This document shows positions 57,915-64,000 of a stretch of DNA of 64,000 nt, one piece after another. The DNA is taken from contig JAKAMG010000020.1 in assembly GCA_021812985.1 (NCBI GenBank), positions 712 to 64,711 on the forward strand, given 5' to 3'. The stretch's first letter is position 1. Each line of letters opens with the position of its first letter. Under the pieces are notes generated by a model, which made no database searches, had not been told where the DNA came from, and saw only the letters and a program-made list of their open reading frames with translations. The translations under genes were made by a program, and so were the position numbers. The DNA comes from Bacteroidota bacterium. GTDB lineage: Bacteria; Bacteroidota; Ignavibacteria; Kryptoniales; JAKASW01.

Positions 57915-58497
57915 TCTCTCGCTCGCTCCTTTCTCTCAATCCCTCCTCGCTGAACACTTCCGCCGTGAAAACATACATAATAGCACGCGGGTCCTTGTAA
58001 TCTTCCTGCCCCAGTCCCGCTTTGAGACAAACATACCTCAAGAACTCCTCACGATTCCAGCCATTTTCAGTCGCTACCTGGGGGAGCAGTAATCCCCGGG
58101 CGAAGCCCATCTCAATTAGCACACCATGTGTTCCAACCGCGACGTCCTCGGGAGCTCCGACCTTCTTCAGGGGCGAGAGGACAGATATTTCAATGTCGAT
58201 ATCCTGAATCTCGTCGGGAGTAACTCTATTGAACCTCGGGTCTGCGATCGCTGACTTCTCAGCCATCTCTGCGACGGTTTCATACAACGGAAGGCGTCCC
58301 TCGATGAGTCCGATGCACCCTCTCAAGTCGCCGCGACTATGGAGCGTCACAAATGCTCCCGCTTTCTGGCGAAGTCTTTTCGACTCCGGTACACTGATTG
58401 TAAATCTTCTCCCACTGACCGCGGCCTCGACTGATTCTCTTGCGATCCGGAGAAGCAGGCGCTTTTCTTCTGATGAAAACTTGAAATCTATTTCCAT
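57898..58497 (-). CDS. AmmeMemoRadiSam system protein A (AMMECR1 domain)
   Basis: GAFVTLHSRGDLRGCIG motif. The ATG at 58497 (MEIDFKF...) overlaps the radical SAM 3' end by 10 nt. The track start at 58596 is an extension into that gene. Confidence 0.8.
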   Translation of the reverse strand: MEIDFKFSSEEKRLLLRIARESVEAAVSGRRFTISVPESKRLRQKAGAFVTLHSRGDLRGCIGLIEGRLPLYETVAEMAEKSAIADPRFNRVTPDEIQDIDIEISVLSPLKKVGAPEDVAVGTHGVLIEMGFARGLLLPQVATENGWNREEFLRYVCLKAGLGQEDYKDPRAIMYVFTAEVFSEEGLRERSEREIAEGT

Positions 58498-59543
58498 ACG
58501 CCCGGTATTCTTGCCGAACATTTGGGGCAGGCCCCTTCTCTGAGATTGTTGGTCGAGACCCGGTAGCCCTCCCGTTCGACAAGCAAATAGCCGCATGAGG
58601 GACAGTAAGTATTCTCAAGATTGCCGACAATGCCAGGAAGGTTTCCAGCATAGACGAAATGCAGTCCGGCCTCCCTTCCGATCATTGCCGCGCGGTTTAA
58701 AGACCTTGCACTCGTATTGTTCCTCGACAGCATCCTGTAGTCCTGGTGGAAAGCAGTCACGTGCCAAGGAATATCCTCCGACACCGAAGCTATGAAGCGC
58801 GCGAGACCGCGGAGTTCATCTTCCCCGTCATTGAAACCGGGGACGAGGAGAGTTACGATTTCTACCCAGACCCCCTTCGCTTTCAGCATTCGGATCGCGT
58901 CGAGGACAACTCCAAGCCGTCCTCCCAGCTCTCTGTATTTCTTTTCGTCAAATCCCTTAAGGTCAACCTTGTATAAGTCGATGTATGGCCTGATGAACTC
59001 GATAACCTCAGGCGTCGCGTTGCCGTTGGAGACATAGGCTCCGCGGATGCCGTAAGCTTTCGCCAGCTTCATAATTTCAACGGACCACTCACTGGTAATC
59101 AAGGGTTCGTTGTATGTCGAAACAATGACGGGGGATTTGTATACAAGTGCGAGCTCGACGATCTTTTCGGGTTCTACGAACTCGGGCATCGCGTTGGCCG
59201 CTGGATCACGGAGCGTCTGACTCGTTATCCAGTTTTGGCAGTAGCTGCAGTGGTAATCGCAGCCGAGCATGCCGAAGCTAAGGGCGTTTGCACCCGGATA
59301 CGCGTGAAAGAATGGCTTCTTCTCAATAGGGTCGAGCTGAATGCCAGCGGCGTAGCCGTATGGAACGAGGAGCTTTCCGCCACGGTTGAACCGCACGCGA
59401 CACACGCCGTCGCGCCCGGGCTTTATCCGGCACCTATGTCCGCAGGCATAACAGAGGACCCAATCATCCGGGAGCTTGCTGTACAACTCCCCTTCGATAG
59501 TGTGCTCCTGCAAGATGCTTTTGAGTGTAAGGGTTTCTGCCAT
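58488..59543 (-). CDS. AmmeMemoRadiSam system radical SAM enzyme (PFL-activase-like)
   Basis: 351 aa. Radical SAM cluster GCDYHCSYCQNW (CxxxCxxC), an N-terminal Cys cluster (CYACGHRC...GVC) and a C-terminal Cys pair motif (CPSCG...CPKC). Confidence 0.85.
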   Translation of the reverse strand: MAETLTLKSILQEHTIEGELYSKLPDDWVLCYACGHRCRIKPGRDGVCRVRFNRGGKLLVPYGYAAGIQLDPIEKKPFFHAYPGANALSFGMLGCDYHCSYCQNWITSQTLRDPAANAMPEFVEPEKIVELALVYKSPVIVSTYNEPLITSEWSVEIMKLAKAYGIRGAYVSNGNATPEVIEFIRPYIDLYKVDLKGFDEKKYRELGGRLGVVLDAIRMLKAKGVWVEIVTLLVPGFNDGEDELRGLARFIASVSEDIPWHVTAFHQDYRMLSRNNTSARSLNRAAMIGREAGLHFVYAGNLPGIVGNLENTYCPSCGYLLVEREGYRVSTNNLREGACPKCSARIPGVWK

Positions 59544-59694
59544 TTGCTCCTCGACCCACAGAATGTTACTTCACCGTCTCAACAAAGTCAAACACACTCC
59601 ATATTCGCGTGGGCCACGACGAGCCGCAGAACACGTGGCTGTACCCAATATCTTTGTCACAATAAAGTGCAGCCCGAATATTAGACTGGTCTCT

Positions 59695-60276
59695 CTACTT
59701 CCGCGACCAATCGTCGAGAAGCCGACTCAAGTCGCCCTCAGAGAGTTTACTCGATTCAGTATCACCGGCCGCGATCCGCTGCCTCAATGCCTCAAACAGC
59801 GTTATTGCACACGCTACCGAAACATTCAGACTCTGCACCATCCCGTGCATCGGGATTTGGAAGTTAACGTCCGCCCCCGCGGCGATGCTGTCGGATACCC
59901 CCCGGTGTTCGTTTCCGAAAACGAGAGCTATCTTTCCTCGGAGATCTAGATCGTACAGCGAAACCGTCTCCGGGCCAACCACGCTTGCGGCAATCGTAAA
60001 GCCTTCACCTCTAAGCGCGTCGAAGCAATCCTCAGTCCTCCTGAAGCTCCTTCTTTCCACCCACTTGTACGCGCTTGCTGAACTCTTCTTCCCTATCTTC
60101 GGCAAATTTTCGAAGGTGTAGAGGAGATTAGCCTTCCTTACCCCTACCGCGTCGCAAGACCGGAGAATGGCGCTGACGTTGTGCGGGTCATGTATATTCT
60201 CGAGAACCACGGTGAGATCCGGCTGACTCAGGCTCAGCGCCCGGGAAAGCTTGTCCATGCGCCTCTGCGACTTCAC
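59695..60276 (-). CDS. SpoU/TrmH-family RNA 2'-O-methyltransferase
   Basis: 193 aa. LENIHDPHNVSAILRSCDAVG, LVFGNEHRGVS, IPMHGMVQSLNVSVA. GTG at 60276 (GTGA overlap) or ATG at 60258. Confidence 0.8.
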   Translation of the reverse strand: MKSQRRMDKLSRALSLSQPDLTVVLENIHDPHNVSAILRSCDAVGVRKANLLYTFENLPKIGKKSSASAYKWVERRSFRRTEDCFDALRGEGFTIAASVVGPETVSLYDLDLRGKIALVFGNEHRGVSDSIAAGADVNFQIPMHGMVQSLNVSVACAITLFEALRQRIAAGDTESSKLSEGDLSRLLDDWSRK

Positions 60277-61148
60277 TCCTTGAACACCTCCAGGAGTATA
60301 ACCGCTCCGACGACAAAAATTCCGCCGAGTGTCTGCGTCAGACTCATGCTCTCTCCGAGAATTATGAACGACGTCAGAATGGCAACAACGGGCTCAAGCG
60401 TCGACACAATTACCGCCGTCGACGCAGCCAGATGCCTCAGACCCGTGAAATAGAAGTAGTAAGGAATGACGATTGAGGAGAACGAGAAGATGGTCAGCGT
60501 CCACATTTCCTGAATGCCTATGTCACCTTTTACCGGGCCGGTCACTGCATCCAGTATAATCCAGAAGGCGGCGCCGCAAACAAGCGTCCAGGTAAGCGCC
60601 GTCCATGTCGAGTATTCCTTGCTTGCCACGCGGTTGTAGACGTTAAAGAATGCAAAACACAATGCTGAAAGCATTCCCAGGAATATTCCCAACATGGTTA
60701 TGTGGACGTTTGGACTGAAGGCGCCGAGCATCACAGCACTCCCGGATAGAGACAACACAATCGCGAGAGACTTTACTCCGCTAACCCTCTCCTGTCTGCT
60801 TAGGACCATATATATGGCAACGAGCGTGGGTGCAGTGTATTGCATCAGTATGGCTATTCCGACGTTCGTTATCTGTATTGCCATGTAGTAGGTGTAGTTG
60901 GAGCCGGCCACGCCTATAATACCGAGGAGGGCGAAGTCCAGTATGTGGCGCGGTGACACGATTAGAAGCCTCCTGTTGAACAGAGCAAGAACGGTCACGA
61001 GAAAGACCGCCGCTATTATTACTCTCGACTGTACCACGAGCATAGGAGGGACGTTGTGCTGGAATAAAAATTTAGCCGCGGTCGCTGAAGACCCCCAGAA
61101 GAATGCCGCTCCGAAAATTCCCAGATAGCCTTTGAGTCGCGAATTCAA
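60273..61148 (-). CDS. EamA/DMT-family transporter
   Basis: 291 aa. About ten hydrophobic helices in two repeats; AAFFWGSS N-terminal pattern. TTG start in a TTGA overlap. Confidence 0.8.
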   Translation of the reverse strand: MNSRLKGYLGIFGAAFFWGSSATAAKFLFQHNVPPMLVVQSRVIIAAVFLVTVLALFNRRLLIVSPRHILDFALLGIIGVAGSNYTYYMAIQITNVGIAILMQYTAPTLVAIYMVLSRQERVSGVKSLAIVLSLSGSAVMLGAFSPNVHITMLGIFLGMLSALCFAFFNVYNRVASKEYSTWTALTWTLVCGAAFWIILDAVTGPVKGDIGIQEMWTLTIFSFSSIVIPYYFYFTGLRHLAASTAVIVSTLEPVVAILTSFIILGESMSLTQTLGGIFVVGAVILLEVFKE

Positions 61149-61720
61149 GATGACCGTCTAGACTTCCGCTCGTAGTACTTTGACATTTCATCATTCCCCA
61201 TCATGCCGTAGTAGGTCGACAGCCTCTCGAATATGTTCTTCGGCGAATCGACCTTCCCTTCGCCAACCCTGAGAAAGGCCATGATGCTCTGAAGCGTTGG
61301 CACCTTCAGATCAGGATTGTACAGATCACAAGCATTCATGTAAGGTTCATCAGAACTCGGGCGAAAATCGGATGCCTTCTTCAGACACAGGAAAGCCATT
61401 TCGAGTCCATCTACTTCGCCGACGCGCGACCCGAAGATATTTGAGAGCCACATATAGGTGTCATATCCAATGCGTGGGAAAACCTCTCCGATTTTTTTGG
61501 CGAAGAAAAGAAGTTCCTCGACCGAAAGCGACTTGTTCCAAAGTAGCTCCCTGTACAGCTCCACATTATCAACTCGAGATTCAATCGCCTTTCTGAAGGC
61601 TTCGAATAGGTCATTGAAACCTACCCCATTCCTGAAATCATTCTTCAAAGCTTCGTAGTCGTAGTCTTTCAAGCTTAACCGTACCCTCAGTCCCCGCCGG
61701 ACTGACTGTTGTTCCCCCAT
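61145..61720 (-). CDS. Hypothetical cytoplasmic helical protein
   Basis: 191 aa in the track. No TM helix and no motif I recognise. The start is uncertain: ATG 61720 overlaps rlpA by 34 nt. A TTG giving (M)KDYDYEALK... about 11 nt after a GAGGG element is an alternative. Confidence 0.5.
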   Translation of the reverse strand: MGEQQSVRRGLRVRLSLKDYDYEALKNDFRNGVGFNDLFEAFRKAIESRVDNVELYRELLWNKSLSVEELLFFAKKIGEVFPRIGYDTYMWLSNIFGSRVGEVDGLEMAFLCLKKASDFRPSSDEPYMNACDLYNPDLKVPTLQSIMAFLRVGEGKVDSPKNIFERLSTYYGMMGNDEMSKYYERKSRRSS

Positions 61721-62160
61721 TTCAGCACCTGAATGCGAACTTCGGCAGTCCCTGCCTGAACCATGCCTATAGCATTTGCCGCCGCTTCCGACAAGTCTAT
61801 TATCCTCCCCTTTTCGAAGGGACCGCGATCGTTCACCGTGACTTCCACGCTCCTGTTGTTGCTCAGGTTCGTCACGCGAAGAAGCGTGCCGAACGGGAAC
61901 TCCCTGTGAGCGGCCGTAAACGCCTCCTTATTGAAAGTCTCTCCGCTAGCCGTCTTGTTGCCGTTGAACCCATTGGAATAGTAAGATGCCTGGCCGACGA
62001 TCGTCAATAGGATTTTCCCGCTGTACCGTGAAGCCCCCGGTGAGCTCCCCGTGGAGGCGCCGGAAGTCGAAGAACTACCACCGGTAAACCGCTCCGCAGA
62101 GGCACAACCTGCTAGGTAAACTGCTAGAACTATGAAGAGGACTCGAGACAAAATCTTCAA
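61687..62160 (-). CDS. rlpA: RlpA-family lytic transglycosylase lipoprotein (DPBB domain)
   Basis: 157 aa. Lipobox YLAGC; GQASYYSNGFNGNKTASGETF...VTVNDRGPF. TTG start in a TTGA overlap with the upstream stop. Confidence 0.85.
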   Translation of the reverse strand: MKILSRVLFIVLAVYLAGCASAERFTGGSSSTSGASTGSSPGASRYSGKILLTIVGQASYYSNGFNGNKTASGETFNKEAFTAAHREFPFGTLLRVTNLSNNRSVEVTVNDRGPFEKGRIIDLSEAAANAIGMVQAGTAEVRIQVLKWGNNSQSGGD

Positions 62161-63239
62161 ATGAGGTCCTGCCTCTCATCTTTTTTCAAGCGTTCAACGA
62201 TTTCCTTCACTCCCTGAGACTTCCCCCTCCTGCAAACAAGTATGGAGTCTTTTGTTTCAACAACAATAAGGTCTTCAACATCGACAAGTCCGACCGTTTT
62301 CTCAGCGGACCATACCAGATTGTTGCGCGACTTCACGCTCACGACATCTCCCTTGAATGAGTTTCCGTCGCCATTCCTGTCGCTCAGTCTGTAAACCTCA
62401 TCCCAAGAACCGACGTCGCTCCACAGAAAATTACTCGGTATGGTGAGAACGTTTGTCGCCTTTTCCATAACCGCGTAATCTATTGAAATAGATTCAGCTC
62501 TGAGATAAAATTCCTGAAGCACCCTGGGAAATTCCGGCTTTCCGAAAGTGTCTTTCAGTTGACCCCAGAAATCTGAAAAATGTGTAAGATTCCGCCTTAG
62601 CTCTTCGATGATAACATCGACGCGCCAGATGAACATGCCGCTGTTCCAGAGATACTCCCCGCTCTCCAGGAATTCAATTGCAGTCTTGTGGTCGGGTTTC
62701 TCCTTGAACGCAATCACCCTATAACCGCCATGTTCGGAGATTTCCTTCTCAGCGCCTCGCTTATCGAAATGGATGTAGCCAAATCCGGTTTCAGGGTGAG
62801 TGGGCCGGATACCGATTGTGACCAGCCCTTTTTGCTTGTCAGCCAGGCGAATAGCGTCCTTGAGTTGCGACAGGAACTTGTCATCTTCGGAGATAAGATG
62901 ATCCGCTGGAAGGACAACCATGACTGCGTCAAGCGCTACCGAGGATATCGCTGAGGCCGCCGCAGCAATGCACGGCGCCGTATTTCTGCCCAGCGGCTCA
63001 GCAATCACGTTCTGTGCTGGAAGCTGAGGAAGCTGAGATACTGCTTGAGGGTGCTGAACCGTATTGGTCACGACGAATATGTTTTCGGGGGGTATTATCC
63101 TTGAAATCCTGTCGAACGTGCGCTGGTAAAGGGTTCGCTCACCGAAAACGTCAAGAAACTGTTTCGGCATGTTTTCCCTGCTCTGAGGCCAGAAACGCGA
63201 GCCGACTCCGCCCGCCATTATCACTGCGAAAACCTTCAA
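62157..63239 (-). CDS. Mannose-1-phosphate guanylyltransferase
   Basis: 360 aa. AVIMAGGVGSRFWPQS. TTG start with GGAGGA 7 nt upstream. Confidence 0.85.
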   Translation of the reverse strand: MKVFAVIMAGGVGSRFWPQSRENMPKQFLDVFGERTLYQRTFDRISRIIPPENIFVVTNTVQHPQAVSQLPQLPAQNVIAEPLGRNTAPCIAAAASAISSVALDAVMVVLPADHLISEDDKFLSQLKDAIRLADKQKGLVTIGIRPTHPETGFGYIHFDKRGAEKEISEHGGYRVIAFKEKPDHKTAIEFLESGEYLWNSGMFIWRVDVIIEELRRNLTHFSDFWGQLKDTFGKPEFPRVLQEFYLRAESISIDYAVMEKATNVLTIPSNFLWSDVGSWDEVYRLSDRNGDGNSFKGDVVSVKSRNNLVWSAEKTVGLVDVEDLIVVETKDSILVCRRGKSQGVKEIVERLKKDERQDLI

Positions 63240-63255
63240 GGTACTATCCTCCGGA

Positions 63256-64000
63256 TTAGAATTTATTGTTCGTGAAAATTCTCGGTACTCGGTTGTTAAT
63301 CATGCAAAGGACTTCGTATGGAATTGTCCCCAATTGTGCGGCCAGGTCCCAGGCGGAAATCACTTCTTCTCCGTCCCTTCCAATTAAGATGACCTCATCC
63401 CCCTCCTGAACTTCATAATCGCTTCCCACATCAACCATCACATGGTCCATTGTGATTGTCCCGGCTATCGGGTACCTCTTCCCCCTGATGAGGACGGATG
63501 ACTTACCGGTCAGGAGTCTCGTGAACCCGTCGCCATATCCGATCGGCACGACGGCAATTCTTGTCTCCTTTTTGACAAAATACCTTCGTCCGTAACTCAC
63601 GCTCATACCCGGCTTGAACTTCTTGACAAGAGCTATGTTTGATTTTAGGCTAAGAGCCGGCCGGATGTTCACAGACTCAGAGGTCTCTAACGAGGGATAG
63701 TAGCCGTAAGTCATTATGCCAGGGCGGACCATGTCAAAGTACGCGTCGGGCATGTCGATTATAGCACCGCTGTTCGCCATGTGAAAAATCACTGGTGGCA
63801 TTCCCATATCCCTGACAGCGGCAGCGATCTTCCTGAAGGCCGCGAGCTGCCGGTTCGCGAAATCCTTATTGGTCTCATCCGAGGTGGCGAAGTGGGAATA
63901 AACTCCGACGACCGTCAATGAATCGAGCCTTGAAATAGTCCTTATCGCATCGAGCGCGACTTCCGGAATGAAACCGCCTCTCCCCATACCGGTATCAATT
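63256..64000 (-). CDS. alr: Alanine racemase, C-terminal part (CDS continues beyond the right edge)
   Basis: The frame is open to the window edge. It reads IDTGMGRGG... (racemase DTGM.R.G motif) and a C-terminal beta-domain with GTITMDHVMVDV. Confidence 0.9.
   Translation of the reverse strand, partial: IDTGMGRGGFIPEVALDAIRTISRLDSLTVVGVYSHFATSDETNKDFANRQLAAFRKIAAAVRDMGMPPVIFHMANSGAIIDMPDAYFDMVRPGIMTYGYYPSLETSESVNIRPALSLKSNIALVKKFKPGMSVSYGRRYFVKKETRIAVVPIGYGDGFTRLLTGKSSVLIRGKRYPIAGTITMDHVMVDVGSDYEVQEGDEVILIGRDGEEVISAWDLAAQLGTIPYEVLCMINNRVPRIFTNNKF

Noticed and set aside
1-64000. Screen for CRISPR arrays, tRNA/rRNA/tmRNA/RNase P/SRP RNA genes, transposases, integrases, toxin-antitoxin pairs, reverse transcriptases and known defence genes.
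   Set aside because: No regularly spaced direct repeats were seen, nor any conserved RNA cores (for example GGTTCGAATCC or GAGGAAAGTCC) in intergenic DNA. No ORF had recombinase, RT or nuclease hallmarks. The macro-domain gene lacks a DarT-like partner, so it is not called a defence module.

Overview
Compact, strongly strand-biased bacterial chromosomal segment with about 58 protein-coding genes and short intergenic spacers. I saw no rRNA, tRNA, CRISPR array, transposase, integrase or phage gene. All calls come from reading the supplied translations and the DNA by eye; no database search or computation was run, so family names are motif recognition from memory. Lineage hint: a very large Asp-box (BNR) repeat protein ends in a type IX secretion C-terminal sorting domain (LSQNYPNPFNP...), pointing to the FCB superphylum (Bacteroidota/Ignavibacteriota-like); I cannot resolve this further. 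Most of the window is housekeeping: ggt, fbp, serS, rfbD, hisB-proC-hisHAFI, clpB, dnaK, lutABC, uppP, holA, rho, folC, pyrDK, mnmA, rlpA and alr, plus a thiolase/Hbd/acyl-CoA dehydrogenase trio and two half-type ABC exporters. Long same-strand gene strings run with 1-17 nt overlaps (5676-20653, 37321-50260 and 52629-64000, all minus). The two best candidates for an undescribed system are as follows. (1) A five-gene plus-strand operon at 736-5489 combines a processive family-2 glycosyltransferase with a stand-alone CheY receiver, a membrane-anchored HEAT-repeat protein, a probably periplasm-facing CX5R phosphatase and a 382-aa protein with no recognisable motif. This would be a synthase-type exopolysaccharide module apparently gated by phosphotransfer rather than by a c-di-GMP receptor. 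(2) A six-gene, tightly overlapping minus-strand operon at 54311-59543 extends the function-unknown AmmeMemoRadiSam trio (radical SAM, AMMECR1, Memo) with a DUF2520 oxidoreductase, a long-form sugar-1-phosphate nucleotidyltransferase and a crotonase. Secondary curiosities are a soluble cNMP-GAF histidine kinase coupled to a macro-domain protein, a receiver coupled to mnmA, TGGCA-type repeats in front of lutA, an outer-membrane protein that needs a CTG start, and proC embedded in the his operon.
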